Positions 11,901 through 23,524 of a DNA stretch of 64,000 nucleotides are shown here, piece by piece. Both the position numbers and the translations under genes were made by a program. The stretch is from Pavona decussata (taxonomy: Eukaryota). Under the pieces are notes generated by a model. It saw only the letters and a program-made list of their open reading frames with translations, did not search any database and was not told the origin of the DNA. How positions within the stretch are numbered: position 1 is the first letter of the stretch; each line of letters opens with the position of its first letter. The stretch is taken from assembly GCA_977016875.1 (NCBI GenBank), contig CDRNST010000020.1, forward strand, positions 5,270,001 to 5,334,000, read 5' to 3'.

Positions 11901-13767
11901 TGTACCACAAAATACATTAATTAACACATCTCATCAAGGAAAAAATATCAACCATGACCGGCCCAAAAGATTTTTAAAATTCTGTCGCACTAAGGCATTC
12001 TTTTCACAGCTTGATATATTTATAAGAATATGAAACACCTTCTTTAGAAACAGAGACGCTCACGTTTACTACGGCACATCTTGTGATTCTTGTTCATCAG
12101 GAGGCCGTCAATAGCATAGTTTTGTCTCTCGATCTTCTGTATTTATTTTTCACAATTAAATTTTTTTCTGCGTGCCCATTCGAAAAAGAGCATCTTGAAT
12201 TATTACAATGAATAACAAAGGATTGAAACTGCTTCCAAGGGCTTGTTCACATTCTTCTTCTATCAACTCAAACTGATGTCACTCAAATGGCTTCATTATA
12301 GCCTTATCTAGGTGTTCACAATAATCACTATTGTTTTAGGAGCTTTTGCAACTCGGTATGTATTTAATCATCTTCAGTTGTAAGTGTTCGTTATAGTGCA
12401 AAGTTGAATTTATTTCAATATGACAATATGAAGTTATGCTAATACATTGCTGTTTGAATTTTAAATTACCGCTTAACATTAGTACAATAGTACTAAGTAC
12501 AAACACATGCAATGGGGAAACTGTAATTTCCAAATTCCATCCATTGAAACAAAATTTTGACAGCCTAAACGATGTAAGTACTGTTAGACTGACAAGCATT
12601 GTGAATACTAATTCTAAAAAAGTTAGTTTACTCGCCAACCTGTTTTCCCATCAAATTGAAAGCGAAGGTGAACTTACTTGAAAAAATACGTTCACGCCTC
12701 TGATAAACCTATTTAACTTAACTTAGTTCTACCCCTATTACGTGCCATGGATTCTACTCTTGAAAATTGTTGATTTTAAATTGAATCTTTTTCACATGTT
12801 TATGTAAATATTTCATCGTAGTAAAGAAACAAATCTGTAGAAAATATAAAGTGGTGTCAAATAGCCTATATACCTAAACAGCCAGAAGGTCTACATAGCA
12901 AACACCACCCCCCTCCCATCTCCTTTTTACTCACATTTGGCCGCCTCAGACTCTGCAGAAATGGGAGGTCTTTGACAAAAACAAACCTTTGCTTTTGCAC
13001 CCTTCAGATAAGTCACTTTCTTTATGTGCGTTTATCTCCGTGCTTCTCATCTCGTTTATCTTAGTCAGAACAGTTTTGAAGCTAGCCTTGTCGTTTCCTT
13101 GGAACACCTAATTCATCTTTCATTCTCGATGCTCCTCTTCAATTTCGTGCCAGAAAAAGGCGTCTGAGACCATGTTTCTCTAAAGGTTAACCATGATTTT
13201 CTTCTGGTTTTCTCAGACAGTTTTAAAGGTTAAAAATAAAAATGGTGTAAAAGATAACTGTGGAATAAAGACCTAGTCCACCTTTTAGTTAAGTTAGTGG
13301 GCGACTATTTGTCGATTCTTTACCTGGTTGACTTGCAAGAAAGTCCTGCGTGATAGTAGAGCCCTCGGTTGCCTCGTTGTAGGCCTCTGTGAAAGCTTGG
13401 AAAGAAACCCAAGAGTGGTTTCTGAAAGGCAAATCGCATGCGTTTGGAATTAGATTACATAGAGAAAGCTCTTTGATTGGACAAAAAAATTTAGGAAAAT
13501 GAGTAGCTTATGCGAGGACGAGACAACAAAAATTATCTTTTGTCGCTCTATTTGAAAGAGAGGTATATATAGATGCATATCTAAAATCCAAAAACTTAGC
13601 AAACGCATTACTAATAACAGTTAAGCATGATTCAATTTCTAGAAAAATTTAGATCTGCCAAAACAAAAGGATCTAGGAAATTGAAACTGGTTAAAATTAG
13701 ATACTAAAATAAACAGAAACCTATAATGGAGCATTGTTTTCTCTAAAGAGTAGAATTGCATCACCCA

Positions 13768-13848
13768 TAGTCTCCTTGGCAGCCGTTTTTTGGGATGTCA
13801 GGCCATTGCGTTGCATGACATCCTAAAAAAAGGCTATAAAGGAGACTA
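13768..13848. mobile_element. 81-bp palindromic MITE (TAG...CTA termini) with 9-bp TSD, Academ-like non-autonomous
   Basis: catcaccca|tagtctcctt...aaggagacta|catcacctg; internal arms are near-complementary. Confidence 0.7.
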
Positions 13849-13927
13849 CATCACCTGTGGAGGTACAAAAACAAGGCTTTTAATGCCATCGTATTAGAAT
13901 CATGTAGTTGAACAATAAGGTACTTAC

Positions 13928-14220
13928 GCAAGTGAGATTTGACTCTTGCAAAGCTTGCAGTCCATGTAGGTAACGTTTGAAGCTTGTATAAATGGTCTGC
14001 GCTCTCGGTAAAACTGATACCCCACTTGGCTGTTACCGTATTGACAGTAGCCATAATTGATACCACACTCTTGACATTTCCACACTACTTTATTCCGGGA
14101 CAGGGTCCTTCCAAAGTGAATAGTGTGACATGCAATGGCGGAGATGAAGAACTCAAGCACAATCACAAGTAAAGCACGATTAACTGGGAGGTGTGAGCAA
14201 AATGGAAAGGAGTTTGGCAT
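13928..14220 (-). pseudogene. Possible first exon of a secreted Cys-rich protein; downstream exons degenerate
   Basis: ORF with a hydrophobic signal-like stretch (ALLVIVLEFFISAIAC) and several Cys, ending at a GTAAGT donor. Exon-like pieces at ~12835-12680 and ~12420-12180 carry stops. Confidence 0.3.
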
Positions 14221-14279
14221 TAAGACAAAACGTTTTTGACCATCTGTTAGTCATGGGCAATTTCTATGCCTAGAAATTT

Positions 14280-17200
14280 CAAAAAAAATCTCTTCTAGCA
14301 ATCTGACTTCCTCGTCTGTTTCTTGAATGGCGAGGATCACGTCTTTGCCTCTCAAGCTCATTACTGGTGAACTATACCACGGTTGTAAACTGGTCCTTTT
14401 CAACCCTTATTTGACACCAAACTTTTCATACCAGTTTAAACAGATTTGCCCAGGAAAAGTGGCAAAACACAGTGACTGCTAAATTCTGGATTCTGTGTAT
14501 TTCATTTTAGATGAGTTTTGTGTGATGTGTGTTTTAAAAGCTTTACGCTTGAAATGGACTGGCAGAATAAACGCCATAGGTTTAATTGCAGCAATTGAAA
14601 TCCAGGCATTTTTTATTGGAAAATTCACTGGGCTCTTGACTGATTGTAATTTTTCAACAGCAATAAAGACTGTTTCCCAAGTGAGTGGAAACCTAGTTGA
14701 AAATTTCCATTTCCATGAATTTTCTTTTTCTTGCATGCTGGTGTCCGGTTCTGGATACAGGCCTTTAGGTAAACCCCTCTGCTTTGTTGGTGATTAAATA
14801 AATACGTTCAAGTATATAATAAATGCTTAGCGATGTTGATGTTGTGGATTTCATGTCTCCATAAACTGTAACAATATTGTTGTTTTCTTTTTAAAAAAAG
14901 AAACAGTTGATAGCATCAGTAAATGTTACATGTATGTTGTGTTGAATGCTTGGTAATTTTTGGATCAAGTCATAATGGTTGAACAATTAAGAGATATAAT
15001 GTTTTTGATAAACATAAACATTCAAAACTAAATATCAATGAAGTGATTTTCTGGTTGAGCAAGGTTAATACTTGAGTATGTCCCAAATGTTCACTGTATA
15101 ACCATGAGTAATAGTAATAACAATAATTTTTGAAAGGTACTGTGTTGTGTCACTGAAAAACTTCAGGTACAAATATTAGAATATTCTTCTTAAAGCTTGG
15201 GCAATGCCATTATGTCATCTTGTATCGCTCTTTGTACCTGATTTTCCTATAAACAACTTGATTTCTAATGGTTGAATTAAAATTTGAGTAAAATTGGTCA
15301 TGGTTGACTTTGTTAAAGAAGGAAGTACTATAACGTTTAGTATAATCTATGGTTGTTTGTTTATAGTTAATATTTCAACTTTCAATATTGTCACTTTCTC
15401 ATTTTTCATCTGAAGTTTTGCGAAAAAGGTTACTTTCTAGGAGAGGGGACACTGCCTCTTTAAGAATGTTATGAGAGGGGAATATCATCAAATTAATGAT
15501 GTGTCCTCATAGCTAGGGTAATCAATCTGAACGTAATCTCTTGGTCCCTCTGTTGGTGCTTTCTTTGCGGAGGTTGTATTCATCAGTATGCCTCTTGCTG
15601 TTGAAAGAGTAGTACAAAGTGAAGTTAACATGGGAAGTTCTATGGTTTTCTATGGCAATGCCCCTTAAACTAACTTTACTAATTTTATGAATTATCAATT
15701 TCCCAGATATAGAAGAGTATTAAACTGTTGCTCCTTGAATGGAGCTGAAAGGAATAGAAGGAAAAGGAATTTTAAATGAGTCTGGTGTTGTTTAAATAAA
15801 GTATGTTAACTCTTTGTTCATGGAGTGCTGTTTGGGGGTTGTGGCAAACTTGATTGATTTGATGGTGACTATAAATGTACTACTTTCCCTAAATGATTGA
15901 GACACTTTAAAATTAAAATCTTTTGTGTGTGGTAGTACCTCTCTACATCATCAAGTTCGTAAGCATTGGAATATGCTCGTAGATCTATTCTTATTGAATC
16001 CACCCTTTGAGCAAATTGTGCCAGTTCTTCAGGTGACTCTGGCACAGGTTGTTTGTGGAAGAAGTGCACGTAATAAAAGGAAGAATAATTATTGTGGTTG
16101 TTAGTTTTGTAAGGTAAACAGTATGTTTGTTTTATTATTTGTTTTTGTTTTTGTTTTTTGGCTTTATTTTTCCAGTAGATTTTGTCATGTGAAGTTACAA
16201 GTAATCAGATTGTTTACAGTAATAATGGGTTACTGATTAGAATGCGTTATTTGATGAGAGTATTATAAGTAAGGTATTGCCAATACAGTGGGATCTCTGA
16301 TAGTATCAGCTAGCTAAGCTCCGGAATGAAAAAGCAGGTTGTTAGAAATGGTTTATTTCTGAAGAGGTTTAATGTTCACAGTGATTTAGTGCATTATAAT
16401 GTATTTTGGGTTCTGGGTCAAAGGCTGAGCTAAATAAAATTATTGGGGTTTTTGATAAGTTGGGCTTTGTCTATATAGTTTGTTGCTGGGATGATCGTAT
16501 CATATTACCTTGCTTTTGTTGCTTGGTATCTGGATAGATTTCACATTCCCTAAGTTCAGTTTTGGAAGGGTTGTTGTCAGCTGAAATGTAAAAAATAATA
16601 ATTTTAGGTTAATTAAGCAATCATTTTGTTTTACATAAAGCAATAACATTTAAATAATTACTGTCGTGTTCAAACAAAGGATTTTTGTGAGATATGCATG
16701 ATGTGCTTTCAGCCGGTCGTTTGCCTGTATTTTGCAAATTGAACAAAAATGTTTTCTTTTGTGGTAGTGTTTGTCGAACGTCTAGAGGGTTTGGGTTTAT
16801 TAGAACAGCAATGACTGCAGAAATGGAGGAATGTTGTTGCTCACAGTAAATTAAATGGCTGTTATTTTTTTTTTAGGTTTTTGAAGTAATTAGTCAATGG
16901 CCTAATTCATAGTACACAGTGAAACCTGTTTTAGGTAATTTAGGTAATTTAAACTATATTAATTTGCTGAATTTTTATTCTTTATAGTGTTTGTTTCCTT
17001 TATTTTTGTGTTAGATTTGGATTTTTTCACTAGTCTGTATTAATTGTATAATTGTGACTTGCCTTTCTCATTAGACTTTTTCCATGGATTCTGCTGGTGG
17101 TCTTTTGTCTAAAGAGTCCTCTGATGTTGAGAATAGTCATGCTGATTACTCTCCCGGGGGAGAGTAATACAGCCTTGTTTACTCTTCTGAATTCTATGTC

Positions 17201-17810
17201 TTCTGCATGTTGCTCATTTGGTACCGTCTCACTCTCTCCAGCATCAGTTGTGACAAATTTTCTATTGTTTAGAACACCTAGTGATGGAACAGTATGTATG
17301 GAAACTTTGTGTTGGATTTTCATTGGTAAATTATTAAGTCAGATCATAACTGAGTTATTTCGTTAAGCAGGCACTAATAGTATACTACTTTTCATTATTT
17401 CTTTGCTGGCCTGGCTGTGTGAACACCGGTAACCACAATGGAAGTATGGTTACTTGCAGGAGGATTCTTTCAAGGTTTATTGCATATGTAATGCTGATAA
17501 GTTGTCATTACTATTTAGTAAATAAACTTACACAATTAGGTCAAACAGGTCTTGACCAGTGAGGTGGCAATTTCTATTGCTTCCTTTCCAATGTAAATGG
17601 TTGGCCCAGGTAATTCACTATCTGTCTCTTCTTGCTCCAATTCTTCCTCTGTGTCAGGGAATGGCTCTGGTTGGTGGATTTCTTGGTCACTGTTCACATG
17701 ATCATCATGGGATGAACTGCTGGCCATGCACTGCTTGCAATTGGTGCAACATATGTGGCCCATTTTCTTCTTGCTGGGGGTTGGGGAATTTGGGACATTT
17801 GTAGTGCAAC
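14280..17810 (-). other. Cluster of degenerate, apparently intronless orphan ORFs of unknown family
   Basis: Co-oriented ORF remnants at 14280-14800, 15200-16070, 17030-17500 and 17536-17810. The plus strand is strongly T-rich. Confidence 0.35.
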
Positions 17811-18059
17811 AAAACAAATATACAAAATCCCGAGCGGTTGGCCCGGGTTGGGGGGGGGGACTGGTTACAGCTGAAATTGATTGATGCTTAATTGCAAATT
17901 GATGGCCCTGGAGAAATCCCTGGAGTTGGTCACAAAATGAGTAGAATTCTATTGAGGAAGCTTTCAAATTAAATCACGGTAGAATTGTAAAACGCCCAGA
18001 TGATCTATTTCGTATAATTCAAATTTACACTGCGCTGGATAATAGCTAACTTTGAACCC

Positions 18060-18944
18060 ACCTAACTGGCTCTCCACGACAGTCCTTTAGTTTTTCGATG
18101 AACAATGAAGACAGGAATCTTCTGACCTCTGATTCGTTCCGCGCACGATTAAAGGCACAACCATCTGAAATCATCCCACACTGTTGAAGCTTCAACTTGT
18201 AATGAAATTTTGGAACTTTCGTTGCCGTAGGACGCGGTAAAAGGATGACTTCCTTTACGGCAGGAACCTCAGGACGTTCACGTGAATCCCTTCGTGAATG
18301 GCCAGGGCGTCCTGCTGATGTTCTTTGCCTTGAGAAAGCATACAGAGAATTCCGTAGTCTGGATGGCTGTCGGGAGTGGTAATTTGTGTAACCGTAGTTT
18401 TGGTTTGGATTGAATGTTTCAGCAACACCTTGAGCAGGACCTGGATTGACATTCCCAGCATCTCGAGGATTTCGGGGAAGAGAGACCGCTGATTTAATTC
18501 TTCTTGGACACTGTTGTGTCCATTTTGAACTGAATTTGATGAAATTTTACTGTTATCGCCGTTCACATTGTGTAGTATTCTCCTCACGAGTTCCTCTAAC
18601 CTTCTAGTCTCGGCCATGTTGATTAGTTGATTTCCCGCGCCCCAAAGTCCCCCAAAGCGCCACATTTTGCTCATACCCAGACTTCTTCCCGGTCGACAAA
18701 AAACGCGTCACCAGTCCTTCTTGATATATAAAAATGTGCACATAACTTGACATGAATGTGACAGATGACATGAACATGACAGAATTGGCATATAAAAAAA
18801 GAAATTTGATAAGAATATGAACGAATTGCTCTATAAAAGAGAAACTTGACTTGAATATAAAAGAATTGATGTATGAAAACGAAACTTGATATGAAAAATT
18901 GGTCATGTTGAAATTTTGTCATATTCGGACAAGCATAGTTTCAT
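18060..18944 (-). mobile_element. DNA-transposon end carrying an N-terminal exon resembling TE-borne G2E3/HECT-like proteins
   Basis: MAETRRLEELVRRIL..(frameshift)..KEVILLPRPTATKVPKFHYKLKLQQCGMI..NESEVRRFLSSLFIEKL. A subterminal region with repeated tga/catg motifs ends ..gtttcata at 18944. Confidence 0.35.
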
Positions 18945-19189
18945 ACATGTAGTTTTTAAAATGTATACACACATCTTTCTCCTTCTGTACAGGTGTATCA
19001 GGTGAAAAGCCTGGTATGGGACTGTCACAAAGTTTAGCTTGTAGTGTGAAAGATAAATAGAGCTTAATTTACTTTCCCCATCTTAATTGCTGATTTTATA
19101 ATCAAAACTTTGCCACTTGATTTAAATGAAACAGGATGAATACCACATGAGCCAGAATGAGTTTTATTCAAAGAGATCAAGGAGAATAC

Positions 19190-21119
19190 TTACAAACTTT
19201 GGGAGATCTGGCTCGTCGACAGGCTCTGAAGAAGTTGACCAGGAGCCATCCTGGAATAAAACAAAGGAAATCGTGAAAAATTAAGTGTTTTCATGACAGT
19301 CAATGCCCTCAACTAATTTAAAAGGGTGAGAATATAATAATATAATTAAATTAATTCGTTAATTTCCCACACCCACTTCCTATCTCCAAGCCATTATACT
19401 GCTTGACCTCTCGAACGCTCATGATATAAAGCCAAACCTCCCATACATGTAAGTAGATATCCTTAGGACTACAACCATTTAAATATAAGCTTTGGAGAGG
19501 TGCACATGGCCATGCACCTATGGGAGGTTAATGTAGGTTTTGTATCTATGCAGCTGGACTGACCATCCACTAAGGAGAAGTGTCCACTTAAGGGAAGTGT
19601 TGCTTAGTATAGGGTCGACTGTCCATGTACCTTATGACAAACAAAAAATGAGTGGAATTCAGCAAATTGAGGAGAGCATTTTCACCACATACCCGTTTCC
19701 TTTTCTTGTACCTCCTCTGTTCATTGAAGAAGTCTTGAATGTGTTTGGAGATTCCTTCTTTATTAAACCCAACAGCAGGAGCAGCACATTCCTTTTCAAT
19801 TTTCTCAGCAAATTTTGCCAGCTCCAGCTTCTTCTCTGGTGTGTTGAATTTTGGGGTGTTCTTCCAGTGAGCTGAAGCAAGCATTCCAACCTGCTTGCAT
19901 CTGAAATATAATCTATCTTTCTGAATTCAGAGTAAGTTCTTTAGGATATCGGTTTTTTGTTTTCTTTTACCATCTCAACCAGTATTTTAGTCCACACCAA
20001 TCGATTGGGGGTGTGTGTGTATTGTGTGTGTGAATTGTGTATTGGTCACTTACTTAAATAAATACAGACGCCTCACAGTCGGATCAAAAGAGGAGAGCAG
20101 CCCCATAGTTGGTTTCAATGGTGTTTCATCCTTCTTACAACTAATGGAATCACTAGGTGGAAGGAGATGGGCAAATTCTGCTTTGAACCTAACTGCTTGG
20201 CCAAAGGACATCTGAAGCCTTTGGAATATTCCTGATTCAGCATCTCTGTTAAGAAGGTCTCTAATCACAACAAGTTCCGTGGCATCTTGATCTGCAATAT
20301 TTGAAATGGGTCAATGCAAGCAATGGTGCACATTTTAGTTTCCTATCACGCAGTAATGTCAGTCTGCAGGAGGTTTCAGTTATCAACCAAATTAACAGGA
20401 GCTAAAAAGACCACACATGTCTAGAAAAATAAAGAAAGTCATGTTTGAATAAAATACATCAGCTGCATACAAATAAAAGTTGGAAAATCATGAGCTTTTT
20501 AACCTACAACGAAAAACTATAATTGTCAGCATGACACATGTTCAGCCTTCGCTCTGTGGGAGACCATGATCATTAGCTAGGTACACAAATTCAACCCACG
20601 AATTATCAACATCGGCCCGCAAAAAAATCTCTACATTTTTAGGCAACTGAAAGTTCTCTTTGAGTTAACCGTTCGTTTTGAGGTATTAATGATGTGTTTT
20701 TGTGTAGCATCGCCTTGTAGAAACTTTTAAAGCTGGATGGCACTTCCTTTTATTGAATGCGTAATAAGCTTACATCATGCAGTTCCCTGAAATTTCCTCA
20801 TGCCAACGCCATTTAGCAAATTTCCAGCGCTTAACATGTATAACAACGAAAGAAAAATGCAGACAAAAAGAATGGCCATGGTATTACGGGCCCATTAGAT
20901 AAGATACAAGTCAAGTATGACAAAGAGTAGGCTGATCACCGAGTTTGCACCAAAATAAGCTGAACTTTAGCTATTCCCACCTTGAAATGCCTTTCCTACA
21001 GCTTCCGCGAAACAGTCCGTGATTTGTTTCAGGAGTTGCTTAGCATTTGGTTCCTGCACATTGGTTTCATTCGCATCTGGCTGCGAATTTCTTCCCAATT
21101 CATCGCCAAGCTCAGCCAT
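19190..21119 (-). pseudogene. Multi-exon accessory gene of the EnSpm-like element (SAM-like then Myb/BEN-like helical segment)
   Basis: Exons MAELGDELG..KAFQ|GT (21119-20982), ~20295-20050 and ~19890-19692 (..ISKHIQDFFNEQRRYKKRKR|GT). Head-to-head with the transposase. Confidence 0.45.
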
Positions 21120-21349
21120 ATTCACCTCTTGTTGATTCCTGAATGAATGTCGGCAGAAAGAGAGTGTCTTTTGGCGTGCTTTTTATTTTATGTTCGCCAC
21201 GCATGGCGCTCTGGGAATTATCATACGCATGCGTAAATATAAAGAGAAAAGTCTGGGATCGAGTCTCGGTCCACATCCTTTCTCGCCATTTTCTAGTTTG
21301 ATGATGGAGATGATGTTTTGGCTTGCAGCTGTTCAGAAAAGCCATACCG

Positions 21350-22770
21350 TCATGTCCATTGTCCATGTTCACAGTGTAATAGACGAGCAACCGATAGAAG
21401 TACATAACTGCGACACTGTCACGAAGCAAGCATTTTAATGGACCATGAAGCACAGCTCGCGATTCCTAATGCATGCCATTGCACTGACCCTGAAAGCGAA
21501 GTTGGTATTCTTGAAAATAATTTCAGTAAAGATGAGCAACAAATGGAATTAGATGGTACTGAAAATAGTTCGAGTGGAGGTGAGCAAGAAATGGAAACTG
21601 ATGTTGCTGGGGTTTCCGACTTCAAGGATGATCTTTCGAAAGAAGAGCCCAATGAACAGAATGATGCTGATAGTTGTAACATGACCAATCCTATACGAAA
21701 ACTATAAGTAACAGCTGTCCTGGATGCTCTTAAAATAAAGAGAGACAGTGGGGTATCAATTGGAGCCTTTGAAGATATTTTGGAATATGCCAGGAAGCTC
21801 TTTTTTCCACTGTTGATGATAAAAACATTGATAGAGACATTTTGATGACATTGTGACCAAAAACGTGGAACGATGTTCAGTTACTACTCAGAGAAGAATG
21901 ATTTGAAGGTGTTAAGCAGTACTACTTTTGTATCTGTCGTCAGGAAAAAACAGTAGATCAAGATTCTGGGGCAACAAAGTATTCTTATAGTGGAAAGTAC
22001 AGCGTTATGGAAAAGAAGGGTGATCTTTGCACTCACTGTGGTAATAAGCCTTATTTGACATATTATTACCTGGGACTGAGCATTAAGATTAAAAACTGGT
22101 TTCGTAATAAAAGCCTTTGTGAAAAAATGCTGTCTCATTGGAAGGAGCGTTGGCTCAGGAAAAATGAAAGTTGGAGTTTAAAAAAAGAAATATGAGATGG
22201 CCAGAGGTGGGTTGACCTCCAGTGGTTCTGGGATCCAGGCAAGACTTGGCTTCTTCCAAGTCTGTGTCCTTCCTGTGGCATTCGAGTTTCAGCGTATTAT
22301 CTCAGTAACTCACCAAATGGACCAGCAGCGGGAATTAGGATAATGGAATGCCCTGAATGCCTTGAGAGCTACGAACACAATAAAGTATGCAAATAGAAAC
22401 CCCCTTAACTTAGCACTGATTGGACACTGGGACGGTTGGCAGCCGTTTGGGTCAAGCCTCCGTAGCTGTGGCTCAATCGAAGTTTCAATTGCCAATATGA
22501 AGAAGGAGGACAGGAGCCATGTAGATGAAGGTTACGTTGTGGGGTTTGTACCATCGTATACAGGCCCGAACATACCCAAGGCATTGGACCCTTTTCTTCA
22601 TCCACTAATGGATGATATATGCAAAGGATTCATTGATGGATATGATGTAAACTATCATAGCAACATCTTCATCGAAGGCTATGAGCCCTCTAATGAAGAA
22701 AAAGTGCGAGTACTTTTGTTGTGTTTTGCTGGGAATCACCCTGGTTTGTGCCAAGTAGGAAAACTTTTAA
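21350..22770 (+). mobile_element. EnSpm/CACTA (CMC) Transposase_21-type remnant, 3'-truncated
   Basis: YYYLGLSIKIKNWF..EI*DGQRW, NPLNLALIGHWDGWQPFGSSLRSCGSI..LDPFLHPLMDDI..VRVLLLCFAGNHP. Several stops and frameshifts. Confidence 0.75.
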
Positions 22771-23524
22771 GACAGCGCGCAAAGATTTTTTTTTTCGCAA
22801 AGGACACCTGTGAAGGTATCCGGTAACCTTAAATATTTAATGTGAATAGCACAAGTTTTGATCAAATATATATTATTTGTTATTTTTCAGTCCTGTGTCT
22901 TGTTTTTATTTTAAATTTCATAAACCTTACACTAAAGAGAGGGAAGCATGACTCAGGGCATGTGCATGAATCAAAATACTTTTTTTATATTTTATACCAC
23001 TTTGGGGTTTTTTTGGTCAGTATTGAATTTGATGTTGCCCTGGAGAGTTTATTTGTTGCTGGATGATTTACAGCTACAGTCAAACCTCACTATCTCAAAC
23101 ATCCTCCTATTTAAACTCAAACCCGTTTCTCCGCCAGGTTTTTTTAGTCGTTTGCTATCCCCTGTTTTTTTATCCCCTTTTCCCCTTAAGGGTTTGAAAT
23201 AGCAGGTTCAACTGTACTGTGTGCACATGTAAATAGCTGTAAAATCATATATTGTACTCCCTTCTAATAATTGGTTCATAAACAATGCAATTAAATGAAC
23301 TAGCTGGTGTATTGCACTAGTGGCAGAAAAAAATAGTTTGATTCAAGGACGTATGGCAAACCATGGAAGCAATTTCCTTAACTTCTAACTGTCGATTGAA
23401 ATACTTTCAAATATTACCCCAACATGTCTTACAAGTACATGATTGAATTTGACCATGAGTGGAACAATAAAAAATATCGTTTCTGTGCTTCATGTTGACA
23501 TGATCTAATCCTAGATGCAACCAA

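Noticed and set aside
17810-17967. N-terminal half of the 143-aa ORF 17536-17967
   Set aside because: It reads through an apparent MITE-like G-run repeat, so the ORF is probably chimeric.
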